From a virus (Duplodnaviria > Caudoviricetes), in the IMG/VR virus record IMGVR_UViG_3300037067_013225, positions 96,001 to 160,000 of that record: a stretch of 64,000 nucleotides of DNA. One strand, written 5' to 3'. Each line of letters starts with the position of its first letter. Within the stretch, counting starts at the first letter, position 1. The translations under genes were made by a program, and so were the position numbers. The notes under the pieces are model-generated. The model was not told where the DNA came from. It ran no database searches and was given only the letters and a program-made list of their open reading frames with translations. This document shows, piece by piece, positions 1 to 10,378 of the stretch.

Positions 1-13
1 CTGGCATTACAAG

Positions 14-3000
14 ATGCCCACGCTAACTTATGGCTTGTTAAACAAATTCAATGCCGTTGGTGACGGGACTGAGGCTTCTCCCGGTGATTGGAATATAGAG
101 ACTGATAAGGAAATTGTAAGTTTGGATAAACTGATTGATTTCCTAAAAGGTGCCAGCGTCTTTGTCCGGGTTTATCGTTATGATAAATGGAATACATCGG
201 ATGGTTGGCTTAAACCGGAACAAAATGAATGTTACGATGAGCGTTTTATCGGAATCATAGATAATGCGGAACCGATGCCTGTTGGCAATACCAGTTCGGC
301 AATTGCCAAGCAATTTAAGGCGTTGCGAGTTAAAACGTCAGATCTCGCCAGAATAGATGTTTTGCCTATTGAGAGTATGACTACTCCGTTTGCTTTGGCG
401 GATGATACGAAGAACTATCTTTTCCCGCCAGGTATGGGAGCTTATGACGGCTCTGCGGGTCGCGAGAATTGTATTGCTTGGGGACAGGGATCGGGTAACG
501 GGTGGACATTCCAATATCCCATGCATGGTATGCAGGTATTGATCGTAGATGAGAACAAAATTTACACATTTGTTCGCAGCGGTGTTGCGGGGCAACATAT
601 TTATAGCGATAACGGGAACACATCTCATTATACAGATCCGATGGGTTGTTGGACAACGGGTATTGTAGTTGATGATACATCAAATGACGCAGATTTAATT
701 AGTGATGTTCTTCTGACATTCAAAGAGGAAGCTAGCTCTATTTGGTCGCGCACCGAACCGCACACCAAAGATGGCAATATTGCATACGATATAATCAAAT
801 ATCATCTCCATGATTCTATGTACAGTGCGAATCAGAATCATTTGCGTGAATTAAACTGTTGGACGGAGACCACAGCCTCGGCTCTAAAAACTGATATTGT
901 CACAATTCCCCAGATAGCTACAACTGCCGGTTTGACAATAGACTATCCTGTATTTGGTATCAAGCATGCAACTAGCGGATTTGCATCATCGGGCTATAAG
1001 GCCGATGGTACATTGGTTAGTTTTGATTATGCTAAATCACTAGATACGTATGGAGATATTGCGTTACCTTGTACAGATTTATTTAGCAATTTTGTGCGTG
1101 AGCACGGAGTATTCAGACTAATTCGGAACTCGTTTGATCGCGCATTAGATTATGGTATTCGGACAAGTTCTACAACTGATGGAACGCCGAATGTATTGGG
1201 AAGTGGGAGTTTTCCACTAGCACCGCGTAATGCTGGATCTGTTCCATATTTCATTCCTACCAATATCGAAGACCGTGTGTATGATGAATCTGGTTTTGCT
1301 AATTATGGGCATTTGAGTCATCATTATATTTATGAACTTGTTTTCAGAAAGGCAAAAGATGACGTATATAATGTTATTAATATTCTGGAAGATCCTGCTC
1401 GTGCGGAATTAATTACGTCTACGCCAGCACCCAGAATTTATAGCGCTAATTTTGGTGCCGGGTATAATGTGGAACCATATGCTAATACGGCCTATCACTT
1501 TAGTTCTCACATTCCCTCATATAATAGAGCCAACGCCAGATTATTAGTCTTCTTCTATAAGAACCAAGATACGGTAAGTATCGAGAAGTATGCGATTCAG
1601 GCTAAGGGATTGGATGCATATTACAGTGCGACATTAACCAGTTTGGTGGGAGATATTTCCAAACATAATACTTATGAAATAATGTCCTCAGATAGCACAA
1701 ATAATCAAATTACGATCTTAGATACCACAGATATAGTTTGGGAAGACGTATCTCGTCAATCTACAGATGCATATAATGTTATATTCGTTCCATATGGAGC
1801 ATCTGCCGCTGAATGTCCGATTTATCCCGGACAAGCGATTGTAGATCAATATAGTCCGGATAAAAATATCTATGGCTATATTGATAGCATCGAATACTTC
1901 GGTTATACATACAATAGCTCTGAAAGTCCTGGTGTTGATGCTGGAAGATATTATAAATTGAACCTATCCAATGGAAAGCATCTGAATGCTGGTACTTATG
2001 ATGTAATATTTACAGATATTCCCTTAATAACAAAAGTTCCCGAAGACTACACCAGACATGTATTTTATACGTGCGATTATACAGCCGATACAGTTTGGAT
2101 GAACAATCTACAATTCAACTATTATACTCGCAAGGTACTTAAAAATAATAATTCGGTTCTGTATGAACGTGGGAATATTACTGTCACCAATGCGGTATCC
2201 AATACCTATAAAACTTTTGTAAATCGTCATGGTTATACCGTAAAAATTACTCGCGGATTACCGAATTTCTTTAAACCGATACGGATTGCGGATATCTCCA
2301 ATACGGTTATCGCTAGCCAAGTATTTACTGGGACTAATGGATCTTTTTATCAAATGTTCCAGCTTGTCAATAACCAGATGTTACCCGTCAACTCTCGTGC
2401 ATATCAATTGATTGGTTCATTGAATACGATGTTTTTGTGTGTAGATGACACTAAAGACAACAACATATATCAATTGTACAATCCGTCTACGAAATCTATT
2501 GGTGGAGGTATCCCCAATACAGAAATTATTACGGCAGCAAACGTTTCGGAATTTGCGCCCATAACGCAATACGCATATGAATTTGTCAATCCATCTACCT
2601 ACGTATTTAGTATGCTGGACAAGACTTATACCATTTATCCTCCAGATAATCAATTAGATGAATTAGATTTCAATAAGTTAGAACGTGTTTGGGCTGGGAA
2701 TATTGGTGATCGCAATTTCTATTTGGTTAGTCGCGGGACTAAGGGATTCGGTGCGATAGCTGGACATCAAAATGTTAGCGTTGCCGAGATTGAGAATCCG
2801 CAAGGAACATTTTCATATGAGGAAACTTATCCGCAAATTACATTACAGGGAGATGCGCTAGATAATTTCAAAACATACGTTTATGAAGCTCCATCTGGTA
2901 TTCACGTCATTGCATTGGGGTTATGGTACGGTGATTGGCTCGAATATAACAAGACGAATACTAGCAATTTCCTCACCATATACGACTCGTCAGATCAGTA

Positions 3001-6000
3001 TGAATTCGATTACAACCATCCTATTTTCTATAAATATGCTACGCCTATGCCACATTTGTATGAACCTTCTGTGGCAATTTTGAGTAGTAATACGTTGGGA
3101 TTGCCGCATTACAGATATGACGAAGTAACTAAAAATATTGTTCCACTATTCGCCACAACAGATAAGGATGTTGATAATAAACCAAATCAATTTGGCCGAA
3201 CTAATTTCTTCCCCATACCGGATGATTTTGAAAAGCACACACTATACTTATTCCTAAATGAAAAAGCAATTATTAATCACAATCTCTATACTTACGACAG
3301 TGTTACGGGATCTCGCGTGGGTGCGGAAACTCAAAATATTTGGGAGGTCGTTGGGAATCAACTAGATGTAGCATTGCAGGCATCTATAGATGCAGGCTCT
3401 ATAACGGAATTGGAAAAGGGGAATTATAAAGTTCTTGTATTTAATCACCTTATTTCAATGTTGAAAAGTAATCCAATTGCTACTTTTACGTCCAATATTA
3501 AATTCAATATCTCTGCTAGCACACAGATGAAACTAGCGACATTTAATCTGCCATTTAGTAGTAATATCTATTTCATAGCAGGTTTGAATAAGGGATTTAA
3601 TATCGATTTGTCACCATTTGTATCTGGTTATTTTTATAGCAATGAAGATATAAACAAGTGGAATCGTAATCAAACTTTCAGTAATCTTCCGGAGCCACCA
3701 CGTCGGGATGGGAAACCAACAGATTTAGAAATGGTGGAAAGCAGTTTATCTTATGGTATCGATAGAATGTCAAATGAAATTGGCATGCAGAGCGTATATA
3801 GGGGTGTGGCGGGTTATTACGCCAAGGCATTATATACTCAGAAAAATGCGGACTGGGAAACGGTTATAAACAATCTAGCCGGATTCCAACTAGGTCCAAG
3901 CAAGATATTGGGCATGACGGATGCCAACGTTGACGATTGGATTAAGCCAGAATATCTTGATCCTACCAAGTATATATTTAGAATTTCAATTATCACCAAA
4001 CAATATAACGGCAATATCACAAGAAGTTTTATCCCCTCAAATATTGCAGATTTTAACTATTTTGAGCAGACTACTCCAGCATCCGGCTCTAATATTGTTG
4101 TTAATGCGGCATTAAATTGTAACAGTGCATTATTCGATCTCAACCAGTATGAAAAGGTCAGGGTTAAACTTCTTATAGAGAACGGTTCTCAGGCAACACC
4201 CGTTACTCCATATATCACACCTGCTGCCGATTATCAGTGGGTATATCTGGATGACGTGATGCTTGAGGTGTTTGAAATTACCGATCCAGTTACGAATATT
4301 TATTCTAATGACAGAATTGTGGATCGATCTGTTGTGTTTAGCGCATTAGATTATAACAAACTTACTCGTGCATTCGATATCAGATTGGATGATGATCATT
4401 TGAGATTTGTTTCCAGTCATAATGAATTTGCCAGCACTACATCTCCGGGCGATTGGTTTGGAGGTCATATAGCATCTGCGGGTGTCAGTGATACCAATCT
4501 GTATTCTTTCGGGGATCTAGATGAATTCGATGATGATCCTAACGGAATTATTCTAAATGATGGCAATATACCAGCATCATATATTGAGGATAGGATTACT
4601 AACGAGGAACTAATTGATACCGGAGCACCCGTATATCAGTCAAAGATTAATTCCACTATCGGTGTCGGGCGACGAATTAATTATGATTTGTGGAGAACAT
4701 ATCCATATGCAGAGTATCCTTTAACTAGTGATCATAGAGTGTTTAGGGGTAATGGTTCGTCAATCATGCCCACAAGCACATATTTATATCCACTTTCTGA
4801 GACGAAAACATATTCTCTAACGCTCAAAGATACTTTGTCATTACCGGATAGCATAACATTGGATAAGGATTTCTACTATTATGGTGATACAATAACTCAG
4901 GAAGATCTGTTGTTCTATCAAACATTCCAATCCGGCTATTGTGGTATATATCACGGATTCAGACCGAATGCAATGATTGTCGGTCGTAATGCACAAAGCA
5001 ATATGGAAATTCGTCGCGGCTTATATTATTTCGCTATTCCAAATTTACCAGATTATATGAGGTTGCCAAAATGGTTATTAGATAATCCCGATGATATTTA
5101 CTTGGAATGTTGGACGAAGGATGGTTGGCAGCGTTGTCCGATAGAAAAAAGATATCGGGACATCAATATTAGAATGCCGCATTTGCGTCACACACCGATC
5201 ACCAAATCTCGTCCATTCCAGGATGTGATCTATACGGAGGTATTGCCTCTGATTCCTGACGATATTTTGCCCTGCGGACCGGGAACATCAAATCCGTTGC
5301 CATTTGATTTCGGATACACTTTGTCCAATACGGTTTATTATCCCGGTTCTAATATCTATGATATGACAAAGCCGGAAGGATATCGTTGGAGACTATATAA
5401 GCCCGCCTGGGGTACCGATGTTGCGGATTTCAGTGTCCGGCCTATTGGGGGATATTGGTTTAGATTCGTTACATCTATAGGTGGCAATTGTACACCGGAC
5501 GAATACTTTGACGGACAACCCGATACTAGTTTGGCGGAAGAAACCGTGTTATCTTATGCAGTAACGCCGCCATCCGATCCTCGTATCGGTGACAAATATC
5601 TGGTTAAAAGTTCCGCAACTGGATTGTGGAGTGGCTATGATGATGCCGTAATAGAATGGAATTATCTATATAGTAATAGTGATACGGCGGGTTGGATACC
5701 GTTATCCGGATATTCACCGAGTTCACCCGGATTGGGTTATTCGATGATTTATGTTTTGGATGAAATGGCGTTTTATTCATGGGAATCTCCTGGTGGATGG
5801 ACGCTATATACGCCTGAAACAACTGAAATGGTTCCTGTTGCGGGTAATATTGAGAGTAGTACGGGCAGAGATCTTATTTTTAGAGCCTTGCATACGACTC
5901 CACCACAGTTTATCAATATTGCACAATCTGATTGTTGGATTGACGATGTTAATATTGCTGTATTGGACGAATCCAATTATGAAATCAAAATCGTTGTAGC

Positions 6001-6073
6001 CGGATATAAGACTGAAAATAGTATTAAACGATTCAAAACTGAAACACACAGTGTGTTGTTGGGCAAACAATGA
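14..6073 (+). CDS. Very large virion structural protein (2019 aa) with a C-terminal DUF2793-like module
   Basis: Long ORF rich in Tyr/Asn/Thr. The segment TPPSDPRIGDKYLVKSSATGLWSGYDDAVIEW...GW...YVLDE resembles DUF2793 of tail-fibre and GTA proteins. It starts a run of overlapping structural ORFs. Confidence 0.55.
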   Translation: MPTLTYGLLNKFNAVGDGTEASPGDWNIETDKEIVSLDKLIDFLKGASVFVRVYRYDKWNTSDGWLKPEQNECYDERFIGIIDNAEPMPVGNTSSAIAKQFKALRVKTSDLARIDVLPIESMTTPFALADDTKNYLFPPGMGAYDGSAGRENCIAWGQGSGNGWTFQYPMHGMQVLIVDENKIYTFVRSGVAGQHIYSDNGNTSHYTDPMGCWTTGIVVDDTSNDADLISDVLLTFKEEASSIWSRTEPHTKDGNIAYDIIKYHLHDSMYSANQNHLRELNCWTETTASALKTDIVTIPQIATTAGLTIDYPVFGIKHATSGFASSGYKADGTLVSFDYAKSLDTYGDIALPCTDLFSNFVREHGVFRLIRNSFDRALDYGIRTSSTTDGTPNVLGSGSFPLAPRNAGSVPYFIPTNIEDRVYDESGFANYGHLSHHYIYELVFRKAKDDVYNVINILEDPARAELITSTPAPRIYSANFGAGYNVEPYANTAYHFSSHIPSYNRANARLLVFFYKNQDTVSIEKYAIQAKGLDAYYSATLTSLVGDISKHNTYEIMSSDSTNNQITILDTTDIVWEDVSRQSTDAYNVIFVPYGASAAECPIYPGQAIVDQYSPDKNIYGYIDSIEYFGYTYNSSESPGVDAGRYYKLNLSNGKHLNAGTYDVIFTDIPLITKVPEDYTRHVFYTCDYTADTVWMNNLQFNYYTRKVLKNNNSVLYERGNITVTNAVSNTYKTFVNRHGYTVKITRGLPNFFKPIRIADISNTVIASQVFTGTNGSFYQMFQLVNNQMLPVNSRAYQLIGSLNTMFLCVDDTKDNNIYQLYNPSTKSIGGGIPNTEIITAANVSEFAPITQYAYEFVNPSTYVFSMLDKTYTIYPPDNQLDELDFNKLERVWAGNIGDRNFYLVSRGTKGFGAIAGHQNVSVAEIENPQGTFSYEETYPQITLQGDALDNFKTYVYEAPSGIHVIALGLWYGDWLEYNKTNTSNFLTIYDSSDQYEFDYNHPIFYKYATPMPHLYEPSVAILSSNTLGLPHYRYDEVTKNIVPLFATTDKDVDNKPNQFGRTNFFPIPDDFEKHTLYLFLNEKAIINHNLYTYDSVTGSRVGAETQNIWEVVGNQLDVALQASIDAGSITELEKGNYKVLVFNHLISMLKSNPIATFTSNIKFNISASTQMKLATFNLPFSSNIYFIAGLNKGFNIDLSPFVSGYFYSNEDINKWNRNQTFSNLPEPPRRDGKPTDLEMVESSLSYGIDRMSNEIGMQSVYRGVAGYYAKALYTQKNADWETVINNLAGFQLGPSKILGMTDANVDDWIKPEYLDPTKYIFRISIITKQYNGNITRSFIPSNIADFNYFEQTTPASGSNIVVNAALNCNSALFDLNQYEKVRVKLLIENGSQATPVTPYITPAADYQWVYLDDVMLEVFEITDPVTNIYSNDRIVDRSVVFSALDYNKLTRAFDIRLDDDHLRFVSSHNEFASTTSPGDWFGGHIASAGVSDTNLYSFGDLDEFDDDPNGIILNDGNIPASYIEDRITNEELIDTGAPVYQSKINSTIGVGRRINYDLWRTYPYAEYPLTSDHRVFRGNGSSIMPTSTYLYPLSETKTYSLTLKDTLSLPDSITLDKDFYYYGDTITQEDLLFYQTFQSGYCGIYHGFRPNAMIVGRNAQSNMEIRRGLYYFAIPNLPDYMRLPKWLLDNPDDIYLECWTKDGWQRCPIEKRYRDINIRMPHLRHTPITKSRPFQDVIYTEVLPLIPDDILPCGPGTSNPLPFDFGYTLSNTVYYPGSNIYDMTKPEGYRWRLYKPAWGTDVADFSVRPIGGYWFRFVTSIGGNCTPDEYFDGQPDTSLAEETVLSYAVTPPSDPRIGDKYLVKSSATGLWSGYDDAVIEWNYLYSNSDTAGWIPLSGYSPSSPGLGYSMIYVLDEMAFYSWESPGGWTLYTPETTEMVPVAGNIESSTGRDLIFRALHTTPPQFINIAQSDCWIDDVNIAVLDESNYEIKIVVAGYKTENSIKRFKTETHSVLLGKQ

Positions 6074-7839
6074 GCGTTAAAAATCTAAAAATCACAAAGT
6101 ATATATCTACATTTACTCAGGAATATATGAGGAACGGAGGTAATAGCTGGTTGTCTGTGGATCAGGATCACTATATCGAATCTTGTGGTCCAAATCGTCA
6201 ACGACTGAAGAAAGTTCGCTCTCTTAATATCAATAGGGGAAGCCTTTATCCAAATTCTCTTAACGACTCGAATATTGTTTTGCAGAATTCCAACGATACA
6301 TATATTACAACCACAGTTCTCGAATCTTCCAGATTAACGAGCAATAATGTTATTATCTCTTTTAGTGCGAGTGCTTATGAGGTATTTAATATCAATGATT
6401 GGTCTAAGGCATGGCTTGATGCATCTTTGGATTATTTTTATACAGATCTACAGCAATACAATGGGGCTATTCCGCTATATGATAAGCCGAGGGATTTCGA
6501 GATCGTTCGAACGAGTCCATATGAAATTGAAGATGTTCTTGATACAGTATTGTTGGTATTTATAGGCTCTGGTTGTATTGAAATACTTACCAGGAAATCG
6601 GAAGATATATATGGTAATCTTGCCCTAGGAGAAGTTTTTCACAGATTTCTCTCAGAAGGATGGGAGTCTAAATATGGCGTAGAGGCTCTAAAACAATACT
6701 ACACGGATATCAATATAGGGGATAATGCGAGAGACTTTATTCAGAGCAACGAAAATAGAAACTCTGCATTGTCTGCTATAGCGCCGGTAGTTTTGGAGAA
6801 TAGCGGATTCGATGTCGGGAATATTTCCAATGCGATATTAGATAATATGAAATTTTACTATTATACTAAACCTTTACAATCGTCATCTCCATATGCATTT
6901 ACAACGATATATTCATTTGATGGTGTATCTGGATCAACATATAGCGAGACGCAATATCAAGAGATATGTACAAAGAATATTGCATCTATCATTAACGACA
7001 GGCAAAACGTTTCACCCACGTTATCTAATATTTTCTTTGAAGTACCTCAAGTTGACGATTTCGATTACCTGTATTTTAAATTTGATTTTTCTACACTTTT
7101 GAACCTCAAGGATTCTAGAAGATCCATTACATCATATATCAACAATAACTATACTGGTGAAAATTTTGACGAAGATATTGCTCTTACCAAGGTAGGTAAC
7201 GTGATATTCGATTCTATCGGTTTACTTGATTTGCGTTATTATGATCAGAAACTTAACAAATGGATGAGTACAAATATTGTAAACGATACATATTACGCAG
7301 ATCTATATACCGGCACTGGCGAATTATATGATCCATTATTAATTGTTCGTTCTTGTGTTGAGGCTGATGGATATACAAGCGCGACTATATCAACAGCACC
7401 GGATAATTACAATCCATTTTACGACTATGAAAATTCCCGACTAACCATTTATAGTAATACGGATGGGAGTTTAGATTACAAAAATGTTATTTTGAAACTA
7501 GCGGTTAAAGACGGATTTAAAACGCTTATCGTACATGATAATATCGCTTGTAATGAAAAAACACGTCTCAATTATGCTATTGTGGCGATAGATCAACAGT
7601 TTGAAATAGAGGATAAATCGGTTTTCATACCCGAAACTTACGGTAAAAAACTCCTATGGTTGGCAGTTCCGCCTATTGTCCAGCATGTTAATGCTAGTGG
7701 TGGTGTAAGTTTGGCGCAATTCAAGATTGTGGATGATGTTTTCGGTCCCTCTGAATTGACTTTGGCTTATGGCGCGCCACTTTACGGGAAGTTCCCCCTG
7801 GATATTTTTAGAACCCTGAAGTCTATGTGGATTGAATGA
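6070..7839 (+). CDS. Hypothetical virion protein (589 aa)
   Basis: ATGA overlap with the upstream gene; structural context; no motif recognised. Confidence 0.5.
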   Translation: MSVKNLKITKYISTFTQEYMRNGGNSWLSVDQDHYIESCGPNRQRLKKVRSLNINRGSLYPNSLNDSNIVLQNSNDTYITTTVLESSRLTSNNVIISFSASAYEVFNINDWSKAWLDASLDYFYTDLQQYNGAIPLYDKPRDFEIVRTSPYEIEDVLDTVLLVFIGSGCIEILTRKSEDIYGNLALGEVFHRFLSEGWESKYGVEALKQYYTDINIGDNARDFIQSNENRNSALSAIAPVVLENSGFDVGNISNAILDNMKFYYYTKPLQSSSPYAFTTIYSFDGVSGSTYSETQYQEICTKNIASIINDRQNVSPTLSNIFFEVPQVDDFDYLYFKFDFSTLLNLKDSRRSITSYINNNYTGENFDEDIALTKVGNVIFDSIGLLDLRYYDQKLNKWMSTNIVNDTYYADLYTGTGELYDPLLIVRSCVEADGYTSATISTAPDNYNPFYDYENSRLTIYSNTDGSLDYKNVILKLAVKDGFKTLIVHDNIACNEKTRLNYAIVAIDQQFEIEDKSVFIPETYGKKLLWLAVPPIVQHVNASGGVSLAQFKIVDDVFGPSELTLAYGAPLYGKFPLDIFRTLKSMWIE

Positions 7840-9253
7840 TATGTTTAAAGAATTTAAAGATATCGAAAGCGGAACAAGGTATGTTTTTACCGTAGACGAT
7901 TTTCAAGATTTACAAGATTATTATATCAAGAAGATTATTCGACACACACATACGAATATTCCCGCTAACTACGTTAAAATTGCCGATCAAACCGATTTAA
8001 CCAATCCAGTGGGATTAGATATCCCACTGGATGATGATGTTTTAACATTCCAGGATCACGTCACCATAGATCACAGTCTAAATATCCCATCTGGTAGATT
8101 GTTGGCTCGCGGCTGGACTGTTCCGACCAAAGTTCGGTGTGTCGTGACAACGCCCATACACGATACCACAAGTAATTTGCCATTTCCCACTTATAATATG
8201 TCACCATTTAGTATCGAAAAAGATATAAATGGTCTAAATGACCGTACTATTGTGCCTTCGAATAGGCATAATCCTGCCACATATTCAAATTATCGACATT
8301 ATTTGTGGATCATGCCAATGAATGGTGTTTCTTATATCCATCCGAGTCATAAAGCTATTGTGGAGAACCAAACTTCCGCTATTTTTGCCAAAACTCCACT
8401 ATTTATTCATCCATCTAATACAGATTTTTTGAAAAAGATTAATTCTGCAACGAATACTCCAAATTTTAGAGCCTTGTCGTACATTCCAGACTATGCCGAG
8501 GAGAAAGTTTGGTCACTAACTGAGGATTTCACGTGTTGGATGTCCGGATATAAGAGTATTCTAACAAACAATGATATTTCTTTGTTGTTTAACGATTATT
8601 ATAATGAATTCGCGCAAGTTTTATCAACAATTAACTATGAGGAGCTAAACAGAGAGTATTATTTCAGATTAGAAAAGGCCGCTGGTAATTTAATGCGTTT
8701 GGATTGCAATTATGTATCAGATATTACGCGATTAATGGAGGCCAAGGCTCTAGATACAATGGATATTAGTGCGGGCGGCGGGTTAGCTAGAGATTCTATA
8801 GAAAAGCGTATTTTTTCATGTTCCACAAAGGATTATTGTTACAATGTGGATAGAAAAACGCAACGTCTAAAATCCACGCTCTTGGATTCATGTATGGAGA
8901 AGAATGGAAATAATATCACATTTTTCACTAATGGTTTGGCTAATTTTGCAACTATAAACGATACAATTATTGAAAATGAGATTGCGATACCAAAATATTT
9001 TGATAATGGTTATCGTCAATGTCTAGTTATCAATGGTGAGTACGGCACTTCTAGAAAATCTTTCAAAAAACTACATCGTGGCAGAGTTATGTTGGTATAT
9101 CAGATTATTGATGGATTTATGTCGGTTCCTTACGAAATATACTCCTCCGATACAGTAATTTCCAATCGTTCAGCGTCCACTTCCCTTCAAGGCTCTACTA
9201 CTCAGAGGAATTACATTGATGTTCAGTTAATGGGTGATATCGGACTTGACTAA
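7832..9253 (+). CDS. Hypothetical virion/tail-associated protein (473 aa)
   Basis: Coupled ORF in the structural cluster. The start is probably the internal ATG (MFKEF). Confidence 0.5.
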   Translation: MNDMFKEFKDIESGTRYVFTVDDFQDLQDYYIKKIIRHTHTNIPANYVKIADQTDLTNPVGLDIPLDDDVLTFQDHVTIDHSLNIPSGRLLARGWTVPTKVRCVVTTPIHDTTSNLPFPTYNMSPFSIEKDINGLNDRTIVPSNRHNPATYSNYRHYLWIMPMNGVSYIHPSHKAIVENQTSAIFAKTPLFIHPSNTDFLKKINSATNTPNFRALSYIPDYAEEKVWSLTEDFTCWMSGYKSILTNNDISLLFNDYYNEFAQVLSTINYEELNREYYFRLEKAAGNLMRLDCNYVSDITRLMEAKALDTMDISAGGGLARDSIEKRIFSCSTKDYCYNVDRKTQRLKSTLLDSCMEKNGNNITFFTNGLANFATINDTIIENEIAIPKYFDNGYRQCLVINGEYGTSRKSFKKLHRGRVMLVYQIIDGFMSVPYEIYSSDTVISNRSASTSLQGSTTQRNYIDVQLMGDIGLD

Positions 9254-9626
9254 ATTCAAAACATCCCCATTAGGTCCACGCCCATGTGGGAAACCATGTG
9301 GCCGTGTTACGCCACCATTACTAGAGCCAAAACGTAGAGAATATTTCGATCCGGTATTTCAATTGGAGGAGGATGTTTTAACCGATTGTCCGCCGGAAGA
9401 AGAACTTATGGCTCCCACTAATGTACGTTTTAATGGAGTTAATTCTTTTTCTTGGAGTCCAGTAGATGGTGTTGTCGGTTATGAGATATTTAGAGACAAT
9501 CAGACCGAACCGATAATGTTGCTGGATAAATCTGTAACTAACTTTTCCGATATAGATACAACTACGCCGTACCAATATTGGATTAGATCCGTCTATTATT
9601 CGCGTGTATGGCCGCTGGAGGAATAA
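9234..9626 (+). CDS. Small fibronectin type III domain protein
   Basis: APTNV...SWSPVDGVVGYEIFRD...FSD...YQYWIRSV is an Fn3 pattern. Confidence 0.65.
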   Translation: MISDLTKFKTSPLGPRPCGKPCGRVTPPLLEPKRREYFDPVFQLEEDVLTDCPPEEELMAPTNVRFNGVNSFSWSPVDGVVGYEIFRDNQTEPIMLLDKSVTNFSDIDTTTPYQYWIRSVYYSRVWPLEE

Positions 9627-10378
9627 TGGATATTAAACAGGGCGATGATTATGCTGCAAGTTATGCTCAGACTACCGGTGATGCACTTAATGATCGTGAT
9701 ATGTCGTTTTCAAGGACATTGAATAAAAAAAAACGACAATTAAGTGATCCTGTATTAGATTTGGAGGATGCCGATTTATCACCGGAGATTCAGGGGAAGG
9801 TTTGTTGCGATGGAGACGTATTGTTTAGTCCATATCAGGTGCCTGGACTACGCAATCCTAATACACCGCCGATTGCCATACTGGAAGTTGGTAATACAAC
9901 ACCCGTTCAAGTAACTTTTGATCTGGATATGATTTATTATGTGGAATTGCCGTCCGCTCCCGGTTATCAGTGGGGATATTTTTCAGGTACTAATTTTATA
10001 GAATATCCAACAGGCACAATTGTGACCAAGGATGGAAATACCGATTATTTGATAGATTTGGGCATTATGGGCGGATTGCAACCAGTGTTAGTATTGAGCG
10101 CAGAACTAACAACATCTGATTATGGAATTGACAAGATATATTTCCGGTTAAAATATCCACCGCCCGGTGTTATTCCGATTGAAATTAATGGACAACAAAT
10201 GACCAATGTGTTTCAAGATTTCGGTATGCAAACACTATATATCAGATTGCCTCGCGCACTGGGTATAAATGATTATGTTTTTGAAATGCGAGCAGAAAGC
10301 ATGGGACAACTTAGTTCTGTAATCAGTACGGATATTATTAGATATGTTGTTGGTCCATGGAATGGGATTCCATATTAA
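9608..10378 (+). CDS. Hypothetical Ig-like virion protein (256 aa)
   Basis: Beta-rich ORF with a PKD-like start (NTPPIAIL...VTFD); structural context. Confidence 0.45.
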   Translation: MAAGGIMDIKQGDDYAASYAQTTGDALNDRDMSFSRTLNKKKRQLSDPVLDLEDADLSPEIQGKVCCDGDVLFSPYQVPGLRNPNTPPIAILEVGNTTPVQVTFDLDMIYYVELPSAPGYQWGYFSGTNFIEYPTGTIVTKDGNTDYLIDLGIMGGLQPVLVLSAELTTSDYGIDKIYFRLKYPPPGVIPIEINGQQMTNVFQDFGMQTLYIRLPRALGINDYVFEMRAESMGQLSSVISTDIIRYVVGPWNGIPY

